The notes under the pieces were generated by a model that searched no databases, had not been told where the DNA came from, and saw only the letters and a program-made list of their open reading frames with translations. Shown piece by piece: positions 11,492-28,390 of a stretch of DNA of 64,000 nt; within the stretch, counting starts at the first letter, position 1; each line of letters starts with the position of its first letter. The stretch comes from Eledone cirrhosa. Taxonomy: Eukaryota. The translations under genes and the position numbers were made by a program. Location: NCBI GenBank assembly GCA_964016885.1, contig OZ024744.1, forward strand, positions 102,672,001-102,736,000, written 5' to 3'.

Positions 11492-11541
<50 letters not shown>

Positions 11542-11618
11542 ATAATAATAAATTTGAAGACTAAAATCCAAAGAGGGCTCGATAAGGATAAATATATAAG
11601 AACCGCAGAGCAAATATT

Positions 11619-11693
11619 TATTAAATTAACAGTTTCAGAAGATCTCGTTAAGGGTGAAAGCAGCGATTCTTTGCTTAAACTTTAATCTGTTAA

Positions 11694-11700
<7 letters not shown>
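11619..11700 (+). ncRNA. Hammerhead-like motif, CAGAAGA-core variant (copy with internal stem I deletion)
   Basis: AGUUU-CAGAAGA-U-CUC-GUUAA-GGG-U-GAA-AGCA..UGCU-U-AAACU; homologous to 42982-43057. Confidence 0.5.
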
Positions 11701-11770
<70 letters not shown>

Positions 11771-12102
11771 CTTATATATATATATATGCATATGTATATT
11801 TACTGTTATATATATATATATATATGTTCACCCGTGTCTTTAATTCACATACTTTTATGGTTTTATTGAATTTAAAAAAGAAATTTCAGAATATTTTGCA
11901 TTTTTTAAAACTTTCTTTTATCCGGTTAGTTGCTTTACTTCAAATGGTCTTCTAGTTCTGCTGAAGCTTGTTATATCTATTTGTAGCCCATTTGTTGACT
12001 AATAGAATGAACTCTATAGATGTTGCTTTACTTAAGACACGTTTTCATTTTCCTGGTTAACATTTACATCTCATTTACGTTGTTCTAAGAAAGATTCATG
12101 TA

Positions 12103-12135
<33 letters not shown>

Positions 12136-12142
12136 GTGTATA

Positions 12143-12176
<34 letters not shown>

Positions 12177-12221
12177 GTGTGTATATATATATATATATGT
12201 GTGTGTGTATGTATGTATATA

Positions 12222-12251
<30 letters not shown>

Positions 12252-12252
<1 letters not shown>

Positions 12253-12579
12253 GATGTTGACTTGTTCTTCTTTTTTGTAAATATCATCTTGGTTAAGAGA
12301 GCGGGACTGGCTATGTGCAGTGTCTTTGCTCACTATAAAAGCTTCACGGCACAGGCATTGCTTTATATCTGGAGATCTCTCTGCACTTGTCATCACATGA
12401 AACCATAGTACCATGGGCCCAGCACTATGTGTCAGTAATTGTCACAAGTGTAGTGTTTGTACCAGCGTTTTCAAGTCGCTGGCTGGACAAAAAAGTCGCA
12501 CTCGTTCAGCGCATCGGTAAAGGTTCTCCCACGTGGATATAAAGTAGTGGCCGTACTCGAAAACGAGTTGGCAGCCACC

Positions 12580-12580
<1 letters not shown>
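12252..12580 (+). mobile_element. Copy of bipartite RTE-derived element (5'-truncated)
   Basis: Closely similar to 122-443; flanked by (TA)n on both sides. Confidence 0.85.
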
Positions 12581-12662
<82 letters not shown>

Positions 12663-13105
12663 TATATATATATATATGTATATATATTTATTGACTATAT
12701 ATGTATGTACATATGTATATATATATATATACATGTATGTATATACACACACATATATATATATATATATTATTGAATACTGTTGGCTTTTAGCTACAAT
12801 ACTTTCTATACCTTTCATTTATATATATAAAGCACATGGCTTATACCTTCATATATATATTTATATATATATTTATATATATATATATAAATGAAAAAAA
12901 AAAATATATGTATATATGTATAGACAAATCTTAACCGAATGAAAAAGAACTAAGCGTGTAAGAATCACTTTTTAATAAATTAATGTATTCACTTTATCTT
13001 TCATTGTAGTTATTTACTGTTCCAGCTGAATACCTTGCTATAATTTTATATTTGTATACATGCACACACTCAGACAAACATTTAAACACTTGTACGGTAG
13101 CTATT

Positions 13106-13262
13106 TGGAGTGGCAGTATCGGTAGAGCGTCAGATGTCATGCTTTGCGGCATAGAGTTACAGCCCTTTATGATCTGAGTTCAAAACCGGCCGAGGTTAGC
13201 TTTGCCTTTCACCCTTACGGGGGCCGATAAAATAAAGTACTAGTAATGTACTGGGGTGATAG
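13106..13262 (+). mobile_element. tRNA-derived SINE (same family as the 4947-5721 array)
   Basis: TGGCAGTATCGGTAGAG..GAGTTCAAAACCGGCCGAGGTTAGCTTTGCCTTTCACCCTTACGGGGGCCGATAAAATAAAGTAC. Confidence 0.85.
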
Positions 13263-13329
13263 CTGACCTTGTAAAAACAATTATTTCATTAATAAAAATA
13301 TCTACACTCTACTCATATATCATGTATAT

Positions 13330-16300
13330 ACACGTAGACACACACACACACACATAAACCAGAAACACACACCCACAACCCATACACTCACACATACACA
13401 CTTGCAATGCATACGTACACATCCAAGACACGCACAAACCACACATACATGCAACACACACACACAACATACACATACACAAATGACATACACACAAACT
13501 ACATACACATGCAACATAGAGAGAGAGAGAGAGAGAGAAACCACACACGCATGCAATACAAACACACAGGCACACAAATCACACACACACATGCAATACA
13601 AACACACAGGCACACAAATCACACACACACATGCAACACACAGAAATTATCCACACATGCAACACACACACACACATCACAAACACAGACACACAAACCA
13701 CACACACACAAATGCAACACAAACACACAGACACACAGAAACCACACACACACAAGTCACACACGCACACATGCAACACAAACACACAGACACACAGAAA
13801 CCACACACACACAAGTCACACACGCACACATGCAACACAAACACACAGACACACAGAAACCACACACACACAAGTCACACACGCACACAAATGCAACACA
13901 AACACACAGACACACAGAAACCACACACACACAAGTCACACACGCACACACATGCAAGAAAACACACAGACACACAGAAACCACACACACACAAGTCACA
14001 CACGCACACACATGCAACACAAACACACAGACACACAGAAACCACACACACACAAGTCACACACGCACACACATGCAAGACAAACACACAGACACACAAA
14101 CCACACACACACAAGTCACACACGCACACACATGCAACACAAACACACAGACACACAGAAACCACACACACACAAGTCACACACGCACACACATGCAACA
14201 CAAACACACAGACACACAGAAACCACACACACACAAGTCACACACGCACACACATGCAACACAAACACACAGACACACAGAAACCACACACACACAAGTC
14301 ACACACACACACACATGCAACACAAACACACAGACACACAGAAACCACACACACACAAGTCACACACGCACACACATGCAACACAAACACACAGACACAC
14401 AGAAACCACACACACACAAGTCACACACGCACACACATGCAACACAGACACACAGAAACCACACACACACAAGTCACACACGCACACAAATGCAACACAA
14501 ACACACAGACACACAGAAACCACACACACACAAGTCACACACGCACACACATGCAAGACAAACACACAGACACACAGAAACCACACACACACAAGTCACA
14601 CACGCACACACATGCAACACAAACACACAGACACACAGAAACCACACACACACAAGTCACACACGCACACAAATGCAACACAAACACACAGACACACAGA
14701 AACCACACACACACAAGTCACACACACACACAAATGCAACACAAACACACAGACACAGAAACCACACACACACAAGTCACACACACACACACAAGTCACA
14801 CACGCACACACAAACACAGAAACCACACACACACAAGTCACACACACACACAAATGCAACACAAACACACAGACACACAGAAACCACACACACACAAGTC
14901 ACACACACACACAAATGCAACACAAACACACAGACACAGAAACCACACACACACAAGTCACACACACACACAAGTCACACACACACACAAGTCACACACA
15001 CACACAAATGCAACACAAACACACAGACACAGAAACCACACACACACAAGTCACACACACACACACAAGTCACACACAGAAACCACACACACACATGCAA
15101 CACAAACACACAGACACACAGAAACCACACACACACAAGTCACACACGCACACACATGCAACACAAACACACAGACACACAGAAACCACACACACACATG
15201 CAACACAAACACACAGACACACAGAAACCACACACACACATGCAACACAAACACACAGACACACAGAAACCACACACACACAAGTCACACACGCACACAC
15301 ATGCAACACAAACACACAGACACACAGAAACCACACACACACAAGTCACACACGCACACACATGCAACACAAACACACAGACACACAAACCACACACACA
15401 AATGCAACACAAACACACAGACACACAGAAACCACACACACACAAGTCACACACGCACACACATGCAACACAAACACACAGACACACAGAAACCACACAC
15501 ACACAAGTCACACACGCACACACATGCAACACAAACACACAGACACACAGAAACCACACACACACAAGTCACACACGCACACACATGCAACACAAACACA
15601 CAGACACACAGAAACCACACACACACAAGTCACACACACACACACATGCAACACAAACACACAGACACACAGAAACCACACACACACAAGTCACACACGC
15701 ACACACATGCAACACAAACACACAGACACACAGAAACCACACACACACAAGTCACACACGCACACACATGCAACACAGACACACAGAAACCACACACACA
15801 CAAGTCACACACGCACACACATGCAACACAAACACACAGACACACAGAAACCACACACACACAAGTCACACACGCACACACATGCAACACAAACACACAG
15901 ACACACAGAAACCACACACACACAAGTCACACACGCACACAAATGCAACACAAACACACAGACACACAGAAACCACACACACACAAGTCACACACACACA
16001 CAAATGCAACACAAACACACAGACACAGAAACCACACACACACAAGTCACACACACACACAGACACACAGAAACCACACACACACAAGTCACACATGCAC
16101 ACATGCAACACAAACACACAGACACACAGAAACCACACACACACAAGTCACACACGCACACATGCAACACAAACACACAGACACACAGAAACCACACACA
16201 CACAAGTCACACACGCACACAAATGCAACACAAACACACAGACACACAGAAACCACACACACACAAGTCACACACACACACAAATGCAACACAAACACAC

Positions 16301-19300
16301 AGACACACAGAAACCACACACACACACAAGTCACACACGCACACACATGCAACACAAACACACAGACACACAGAAACCACACACACACAAGTCACACACG
16401 CACACACATGCAACACAAACACACAGACACACAGAAACCACACACACACAAGTCACACACGCACACAAATGCAACACAAACACACAGACACACAGAAACC
16501 ACACACACACACAAGTCACACACGCACACACATGCAACACAAACACACAGACACACAGAAACCACACACACACAAGTCACACACGCACACACATGCAACA
16601 CAAACACACAGACACACAGAAACCACACACACACAAGTCACACACGCACACACATGCAACACAAACACACAGACACACAGAAACCACACACACACAAGTC
16701 ACACACGCACACACATGCAACACAAACACACAGACACACAGAAACCACACACACACAAGTCACACACGCACACAAATGCAACACAAACACACAGACACAC
16801 AGAAACCACACACACACACAAGTCACACACGCACACACATGCAACACAAACACACAGACACACAGAAACCACACACACACACAAGTCACACACGCACACA
16901 CATGCAACACAAACACACAGACACACAGAAACCACACACACACAAGTCACACACGCAACACAAACACACAGACGCACAGAAACCACACACACACAAGTCA
17001 CACACGCACACAAATGCAACACAAACACACAGACACACAGAAACCACACACACACACAAGTCACACATGCACACACATGCAACACAAACACACAGACACA
17101 CAGAAACACACACACACACACGCACACACATGCAACACAAACACACAGACACACAGAAACCACACACACACAAGTCACACACGCAACACAAATGCAACAC
17201 AAACACACAGACACACAGAAACCACACACACACACAAGTCACACATGCACACACATGCAACACAAACACACAGACACACAGAAACCACACACACACAAGT
17301 CACACACGCACACACATGCAAGACAAACACACAGACACACAGAACCACACACACACAAGTCACACACGCACACACATGCAACACAAACACACAGACACAC
17401 AGAAACCACACACACACAAGTCACACACGCACACACATGCAACACAAACACACAGACACACAGAAACCACACACACACAAGTCACACACGCACACACATG
17501 CAACACAAACACACAGACACACAGAAACCACACACACACAAGTCACACACGCACACACATGCAACACAAACACACAGACACACAGAAACCACACACACAC
17601 AAGTCACACACGCACACACATGCAACACAAACACACAGACACACAGAAACCACACACACACAAGTCACACACGCACACACATGCAACACAGACACACAGA
17701 AACCACACACACACAAGTCACACACGCACACAAATGCAACACAAACACACAGACACACAGAAACCACACACACACAAGTCACACACGCACACACATGCAA
17801 GACAAACACACAGACACACAGAAACCACACACACACAAGTCACACACGCACACACATGCAACACAAACACACAGACACACAGAAACCACACACACACAAG
17901 TCACACACGCACACACATGCAACACAAACACACAGACACACAGAAACCACACACACACAAGTCACACACACACACAAATGCAACACAAACACACAGACAC
18001 AGAAACCACACACACACAAGTCACACACACACACACAAGTCACACACGCACACACAAACACAGAAACCACACACACACAAGTCACACACACACACAAATG
18101 CAACACAAACACACAGACACACAGAAACCACACACACACAAGTCACACACGCACACAAATGCAACACAAACACACAGACACAGAAACCACACACACACAA
18201 GTCACACACACACAAGTCACACACACACACAAGTCACACACACACACAAATGCAACACAAACACACAGACACAGAAACCACACACACACAAGTCACACAC
18301 ACACACACAAGTCACACACAGAAACCACACACACACATGCAACACAAACACACAGACACACAGAAACCACACACACACAAGTCACACACGCACACACATG
18401 CAACACAAACACACAGACACACAGAAACCACACACACACATGCAACACAAACACACAGACACACAGAAACCACACACACACATGCAACACAAACACACAG
18501 ACACACAGAAACCACACACACACAAGTCACACACGCACACACATGCAACACAAACACACAGACACACAGAAACCACACACACACAAGTCACACACGCACA
18601 CACATGCAACACAAACACACAGACACACAAACCACACACACAAATGCAACACAAACACACAGACACACAGAAACCACACACACACAAGTCACACACGCAC
18701 ACACATGCAACACAAACACACAGACACACAGAAACCACACACACACAAGTCACACACGCACACACATGCAACACAAACACACAGACACACAGAAACCACA
18801 CACACACAAGTCACACACGCACACACATGCAACACAAACACACAGACACACAGAAACCACACACACACAAGTCACACACACACACACATGCAACACAAAC
18901 ACACAGACACACAGAAACCACACACACACAAGTCACACACGCACACACATGCAACACAAACACACAGACACACAGAAACCACACACACACAAGTCACACA
19001 CGCACACACATGCAACACAGACACACAGAAACCACACACACACAAGTCACACACGCACACACATGCAACACAAACACACAGACACACAGAAACCACACAC
19101 ACACAAGTCACACACGCACACACATGCAACACAAACACACAGACACACAGAAACCACACACACACAAGTCACACACGCACACAAATGCAACACAAACACA
19201 CAGACACACAGAAACCACACACACACAAGTCACACACACACACAAATGCAACACAAACACACAGACACAGAAACCACACACACACAAGTCACACACACAC

Positions 19301-22300
19301 ACAGACACACAGAAACCACACACACACAAGTCACACATGCACACATGCAACACAAACACACAGACACACAGAAACCACACACACACAAGTCACACACGCA
19401 CACAATGCAACACAAACACACAGACACACAGAAACCACACACACACAAGTCACACACGCACACAAATGCAACACAAACACACAGACACACAGAAACCACA
19501 CACACACAAGTCACACACACACACAAATGCAACACAAACACACAGACACACAGAAACCACACACACACACAAGTCACACACGCACACACATGCAACACAA
19601 ACACACAGACACACAGAAACCACACACACACAAGTCACACACGCACACACATGCAACACAAACACACAGACACACAGAAACCACACACACACAAGTCACA
19701 CACGCACACAAATGCAACACAAACACACAGACACACAGAAACCACACACACACACAAGTCACACACGCACACACATGCAACACAAACACACAGACACACA
19801 GAAACCACACACACACACAAGTCACACACGCACACACATGCAACACAAACACACAGACACACAGAAACCACACACACACAAGTCACACACGCACACACAT
19901 GCAACACAAACACACAGACACACAGAAACCACACACACACAAGTCACACACGCACACACATGCAACACAAACACACAGACACACAGAAACCACACACACA
20001 CAAGTCACACACGCACACAAATGCAACACAAACACACAGACACACAGAAACCACACACACACACAAGTCACACACGCACACACATGCAACACAAACACAC
20101 AGACACACAGAAACCACACACACACACAAGTCACACACGCACACACATGCAACACAAACACACAGACACACAGAAACCACACACACACAAGTCACACACG
20201 CAACACAAACACACAGACGCACAGAAACCACACACACACAAGTCACACACGCACACAAATGCAACACAAACACACAGACACACAGAAACCACACACACAC
20301 ACAAGTCACACATGCACACACATGCAACACAAACACACAGACACACAGAAACCACACACACACGCACACACATGCAACACAAACACACAGACACACAGAA
20401 ACCACACACACACAAGTCACACACGCAACACAAATGCAACACAAACACACAGACACACAGAAACCACACACACACACAAGTCACACATGCACACACATGC
20501 AACACAAACACACAGACACACAGAAACCACACACACACAAGTCACACACGCACACAAATGCAACACAAACACACAGACACACAGAAACCACACACACACA
20601 AGTCACACACGCACACAAATGCAACACAAACACACAGACACACAGAAACCACACACACACAAGTCACACACGCACACAAATGCAACACAAACACACAGAC
20701 ACACAGAAACCACACACACACACAAGTCACACATGCACACACATGCAACACAAACACACAGACACACAGAAACCACACACACACAAGTCACACACGCACA
20801 CAAATGCAACACAAACACACAGACACACAGAAACCACACACACACACAAGTCACACATGCACACACATGCAACACAAACACACAGACACACAGAAACCAC
20901 ACACACACACAAGTCACACACGCACACACATGCAACACAAACACACAGACACACAGAAACCACACACACACACAAGTCACACACGCACACACATGCAACA
21001 CAAACACACAGACACACAGAAACCACACACACACACAAGTCACACACGCACACACATGCAACACAAACACACAGACACACAGAAACCACACACACACAAG
21101 TCACACACGCACACAAATGCAACACAAACACACAGACACACAGAAACCACACACACACACAAGTCACACACGCACACACATGCAACACAAACACACAGAC
21201 ACACAGAAACCACACACACACACAAGTCACACACGCACACACATGCAACACAAACACACAGACACACAGAAATCACACACACACAAGTCACACACGCAAC
21301 ACAAACACACAGACGCACAGAAACCACACACACACAAGTCACACACGCACACAAATGCAACACAAACACACAGACACACAGAAACCACACACACACACAA
21401 GTCACACATGCACACACATGCAACACAAACACACAGACACACAGAAACCACACACACACGCACACACATGCAACACAAACACACAGACACACAGAAACCA
21501 CACACACACAAGTCACACACGCAACACAAACACACAGACACACAGAAACCACACACACACAAGTCACACACGCAACACAAACACACTGACACACAGAAAC
21601 CACACAAGTCACACACGCACACAAATGCAACACAAACACACAGACACACAGAAACCACACACACACAAGTCACACACGCACACACATGCAACACAAACAC
21701 ACAGAAACCACACACACACAAGTCACACACGCACACACATGCAACACAAACACACAGACACACAGAAACCACACACACACAAGTCACACACGCACACAAA
21801 TGCAACACAAACACACAGACACACAGAAACCACACACACACAAGTCACACACGCACACAAATGCAACACAAACACAGACACACAGAAACCACACACACAC
21901 AAGTCACACACGCACACAAATGCAACACAAACACACAGACACACAGAAACCACACACACACAAGTCACACACGCACACAAATGCAACACAAACACACAGA
22001 CACACAGAAACCACACACACACACAAGTCACACATGCACACACATGCAACACAAACACACAGACACACAGAAACCACACACACACAAGTCACACACGCAC
22101 ACAAATGCAACACAAACACACAGACACACAGAAACCACACACACACAAGTCACACACGCACACAAATGCAACACAAACACACAGACACACAGAAACCACA
22201 CACACACAAGTCACACACGCACACAAATGCAACACAAACACACAGACACACAGAAACCACACACACACACAAGTCACACATGCACACACATGCAACACAA

Positions 22301-25300
22301 ACACACAGACACACAGAAACCACACACACACAAGTCACACACGCACACAAATGCAACACAAACACACAGACACACAGAAACCACACACACACACAAGTCA
22401 CACATGCACACACATGCAACACAAACACACAGACACACAGAAACCACACACACACACAAGTCACACACGCACACACATGCAACACAAACACACAGACACA
22501 CAGAAACCACACACACACACAAGTCACACACGCACACACATGCAACACAAACACACAGACACACAGAAACCACACACACACACAAGTCACACACGCACAC
22601 ACATGCAACACAAACACACAGACACACAGAAACCACACACACACACAAGTCACACACGCACACACATGCAACACAAACACACAGACACACAGAAACCACA
22701 CACACACAAGTCACACACGCACACAAATGCAACACAAACACACAGACACACAGAAACCACACACACACACAAGTCACACATGCACACACATGCAACACAA
22801 ACACACAGACACACAGAAACCACACACACACACAAGTCACACACGCACACACATGCAACACAAACACACAGACACACAGAAACCACACACACACACAAGT
22901 CACACATGCACACACATGCAACACAAACACACAGACACACAGAAACCACACACACACACAAGTCACACATGCACAAATGCAATACAAACACACAGACACA
23001 CAGAAACCACACACACACAAGTCACACACGCACACAAATGCAACACAAACACACAGACACACAGAAACCACACACACACGCACACACATGCAACACACAT
23101 GCAACACAAACACACAGACACACAGAAACCACACACACACACAAGTCACACATGCACACACATGCAACACAAACACACAGACACACAGAAACCACACACA
23201 CACACAAGTCACACACGCACACACATGCAACACAAACACACAGACACACAGAAACCACACACACACAAGTCACACACGCACACAAATGCAACACAAACAC
23301 ACAGACACACAGAAACCACACACACACACAAGTCACACATGCACACACATGCAACACAAACACACAGACACACAGAAACCACACACACACACAAGTCACA
23401 CATGCACAAATGCAACACAAACACACAGACACACAGAAACCACACACACACACAAGTCACACATGCACAAATGCAACACAAACACACAGACACACAGAAA
23501 CCACACACACACAAGTCACACACGCACACAAATGCAACACAAACACACAGACACACAGAAACCACACACACACGCACACACATGCAACACACATGCAACA
23601 CAAACACACAGACACACAGAAACCACACACACACACAAGTCACACATGCACACACATGCAACACAAACACACAGACACACAGAAACCACACACACACACA
23701 AGTCACACACGCACACACATGCAACACAAACACACAGACACACAGAAACCACACACACACAAGTCACACACGCACACAAATGCAACACAAACACACAGAC
23801 ACACAGAAACCACACACACACACAAGTCACACATGCACACACATGCAACACAAACACACAGACACACAGAAACCACACACACACACAAGTCACACATGCA
23901 CAAATGCAACACAAACACACAGACACACAGAAACCACACACACACAAGTCACACACGCACACAAATGCAACACAAACACACAGACACACAGAAACCACAC
24001 ACACACGCACACACATGCAACACACATGCAACACAAACACACAGACACACAGAAACCACACACACACACAAGTCACACATGCACACACATGCAACACAAA
24101 CACACAGACACACAGAAACCACACACACACACAAGTCACACACGCACACACATGCAACACAAACACACAGACACACAGAAACCACACACACACAAGTCAC
24201 ACACGCACACACATGCAACACAAACACACAGACACACAGAAACCACACACACACAAGTCACACACGCACACACATGCAACACAAACACACAGACACACAG
24301 AAACCACACACACACACAAGTCACACACGCACACACATGCAACACAAACACACAGACACACAGAAACCACACACACACAAGTCACACACGCACACACATG
24401 CAACACAAACACACAGACACACAGAAACCACACACACACAAGTCACACACGCACACAAATGCAACACAAACACACAGACACACAGAAACCACACACACAC
24501 ACAAGTCACACATGCACACACATGCAACACAAACACACAGACACACAGAAAAAACACACACACACAAGTCACACACGCACACACATGCAACACAAACACA
24601 CAGACACACAGAAACCACACACACACACAAGTCACACACGCACACACATGCAACACAAACACACAGACACACAGAAACCACACACACACAAGTCACACAC
24701 GCACACACATGCAACACAAACACACAGACACACAGAAACCACACACACACAAGTCACACACGCACACACATGCAACACAAACACACAGACACACAGAAAC
24801 CACACACACACAAGTCACACACGCACACAAATGCAACACAAACACACAGACACAGAAACCACACACACACAAGTCACACACGCACACACATGCAACACAA
24901 ACACACAGACACACAGAAACCACACACACACAAGTCACACACGCACACACATGCAACACAAACACACAGACACACAGAAACCACACACACACAAGTCACA
25001 CACACACACACATGCAACACAAACACACAGACACACAGAAACCACACACACAAGTCACACACGCACACAAATGCAACACAAACACACAGACACAGAAACC
25101 ACACACACACAAGTCACACACGCACACACATGCAACACAAACACACAGACACACAGAAACCACACACACACAAGTCACACACGCACACACATGCAACACA
25201 AACACACAGACACACAGAAACCACACACACACAAGTCACACACGCACACACATGCAACACAAACACACAGACACACAGAAACCACACACACACAAGTCAC

Positions 25301-25992
25301 ACACGCACACACAGACACACAGAAACCACACACACACATGCAACACAAACACACAGACACACAGAAACCACACACACACAAGTCACACACGCACACATGC
25401 AACACAAACACACAGACACACAGAAACCACACACACACAAGTCACACACACACACAAATGCAACACAAACACACAGACACACAGAAACCACACACACACA
25501 AGTCACACACGCACACACATGCAACACAAACACACAGACACAGAAACCACACACACACAAGTCACACACGCACACACAGACACACAGAAACCACACACAC
25601 ACATGCAACACAAACACACAGACACAGAAACCACACACACACAAGTCACACACGCACACACATGCAACACAAACACACAGACACACAGAAACCACACACA
25701 CACAAGTCACACACACACACAAATGCAACACAAACACACAGACACAGAAACCACACACACACAAGTCACACACGCACACAAATCCAACACAAACACACAG
25801 ACACAGAAACCACACACACACAAGTCACACACGCACACACATGCAAGACAAACACACAGACACAGAAACCACACACACACAAGTCACACACGCACACACA
25901 TGCAAGACAAACACACAGACACACAGAAACCACACACACACAAGTCACACACGCACACACATGCAACACAAACACACAGACACAGACACACC
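13330..25992. repeat. ~12.6 kb CA-rich minisatellite, consensus unit ~61 bp
   Basis: Unit GCAACACAAACACACAGACACACAGAAACCACACACACACAAGTCACACACGCACACACAT with +/-CA variants; degenerate left edge at 13330-13700. Confidence 0.98.
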
Positions 25993-26039
25993 TCTAACAA
26001 AGTAAATATAATCAATAAAAGTGAAGGGTGGAAAACAAA

Positions 26040-26192
26040 TCTCTCTCTCTTTTTCTCTATCTGTCTGTTTGCCTGTCCGTCAGTCTGCCTGTCAGTCTGT
26101 CAGTCTGCTTGTCTGTCTGTCTGTCAGTCAGCCTGTCTGTCTGTCAGTCAGCCTGTCTGCCTGTGAGTCTGTTAGTGTGCCTGTCAGTCTGC
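26040..26192. repeat. (CT)n/(CTGT)n microsatellite
   Basis: Seen directly in the sequence. Confidence 0.9.
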
Positions 26193-28390
26193 CAGTTGCA
26201 GTAGACCACCTTGAGGAGATCGGGGAACAAGTCCGGCATATTAATATATAGTTCGTAGGGCAGACCATCGAGGTCTGGAGATTTGCGTTTGCCGCATAGG
26301 CTTAGCACATCCCCTATTTCAGCAGCTGAGATCGGCCCGTCGCAGGAGCTAGCCTCCTCGTCCGAAAGACGCGGCAGGCCGTCGAGGTATGGACCGAAAT
26401 CCACATCCCCAACCGGGCCCCCCTTCCCCTCCCGAACAGTCGGGAAAAGTTCCTTTGAAAGGTCTCGCACATTTGCTTAGGTTCAAGGATCACCTGTCCA
26501 TCCTGGTCTCGCAAAGACCGGATAGTGGATTTAATCCCACTTTTCGCTTCTGTCACGCGGGCCCAACTAACAGCTTTGGTCCCCTCGTTCCCCAGAGCAC
26601 GTATTTTGCTTCGGACAACGTAGCCTTCGTGTTTCACGTCGAAGAACTGGCTCAAGGCCGTTCTCGACGCTTGCACTCTGGCCACGTTGCCGCTTCTAAT
26701 TGCCTCTTCAACATTAACTACCAACTCCCTTTCCTTCCTATTTCTAACTGAGGCTAACTCCTTACTAACTCCTTTTCAGAGAGCCCCACCACCTGCTGTT
26801 GACGATGGCGCCCGTCAACCGCTCCTTAACTAAGGTTCTAATCCGGTCCCTGTAAGCTCTACTTGCCGGTAAGGACAAGTTGAGCTTCCAGTAACCGGGT
26901 CCCTGCCTATGCGTTCTAAGGTGGACTATGCAGGTCACTAACGTGTGGACTGAATAGCCAACCATGAGCATTTCTGGACAACTTAAAAAGTCCCTATCCT
27001 TAATCCTAACTAAGAATCTATCTAGGTACGATCTACATTGACAGCTGTGGTTTGTCCAAGTCCAGGTTGGCACAATCGGAAAATCTAGTCGATATCTATC
27101 GGCCAGGTCAAATTGGCCGATTAACCCCTTGAGGTTGTTACACACCCCTCTATCGGGACATGCCCCTACATAATCCCAACATGCATTTAGGATACCATTC
27201 CAGTCCCCCACTAAAAGCCAAGGAGCGGGACGTCCCTAGAAAAGTCTCCAGACGATGGAAGAAATCCGTCCGCATTACCCCAAAAGGGGCGTAAACGGCG
27301 ACCAGCCTAAAAGCTTCGCCTTCACCACTGTCAAGGTAAGGTCCAGAACCATTAGTTGACCCTCCGGGTCGAAGTGTACCGTCTGTGTAGCGAGACCCAG
27401 ATGTTTTTGCAGCAGAACGACAACCCCACCCCCAGAAAGGTGGTGGCTAGTTGTCGCACGCTGCTGATCCGGGCCTCGCAAATAACCATCACATTTATTC
27501 ATCGTGACCTGAGGTCATTTAAAAGTTTAGCTTGCTTCGAAGGTGAGCCCAGACCACGCGCATTTAGACAACCTACTCTTAACACAGCCATGTTGGTGGT
27601 AAAGAGAGAGGCACTTACCTCTCTGAGTCCCGGGGTCCAGGCTGTTCAGTTTCCATGGGGGTGGAGGAGGGGTTGTTGGGTGGGGTGGTGGTTTGTGGTG
27701 GTGTGGGGGTATTGGTGTGTGGAGGGGCTGGGGGTTTGGAATTGTGTGAGTGTTTGAGGAGGGAAGGGGAAAAACCTTTCAGGAGGACGCGGTTGTGTGG
27801 CCTGGTGCAGGGTGGCCCCACGTCTTCAGGGTAAATGTTTTTCAACGTTTTAAAAATGTCAAGTGGGATCTTCACCATTTTCAGGTTAGGGAGTCCCATT
27901 GCCATTGTAAAATTCGGCCCTTCGGTTTGTACCAAAGGGTTATTGTTTATTTTGTCTACTAAGTTTTTATAGTTTTTGTTTATGTATGTGTAGAGTTTTT
28001 GTGTTGTTTGTTTTTGTTTGTTGTTCTTGAGTGTGCTTGCGTTTTGTTGTCTGTGTTGTGTTGTCAGGTGGGGTTATTTTTGTTTGTGTGGTGTGTGTAC
28101 GTTTTTTTCTTTTAACTTTTTGGAAGGGAGCCGCCTCGTCTTCCGAGGATATGAGCTCCTCTTCCGTATTGGAGGGGAGGGGTATATTACCAGGTTGTGT
28201 TTGCACTGTGTGTGTTTTTGTATTTGTGTTCTGAGGGGAGGGGCTGGGTGGGACCATGTTTTGGGTTGTTTTCTTGAGCTGTTGTTGTTGATGTTGTTGT
28301 TGTGGTGGTTGTGGTGGTGTTGGTGGTGTTTGTAATAATGGTTTCTTTTTTATCAGTTGAGGGCATGCAGCCATCAGGTGACCTCTGCAT
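26190..28390 (-). mobile_element. L1/Tx1-like LINE fragment (ORF1 C-terminus, APE endonuclease, RT N-terminus)
   Basis: GDWNGIL, RSYLDRFLV, SVH (SDH), GPGYWKLN and KSPDLDGLPYELY. It is an inverted homolog of 28620-29700. Confidence 0.9.

Noticed and set aside
6396-12900. Numerous YI/HT/CV-rich ORFs
   Set aside because: They are translations of (TA)n and (CA)n microsatellites.
13330-25992. CRISPR-like or telomeric array
   Set aside because: There are no unique spacers, no cas genes and no TTAGGG-type unit, and the context is eukaryotic.
13402-26166. Giant 4254/4196/2652-aa ORFs as a His/Thr-rich protein gene
   Set aside because: All three frames are open because the strand has almost no T. 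The unit length is not a multiple of 3 and +/-2 bp indels are tolerated, so there is no frame selection.
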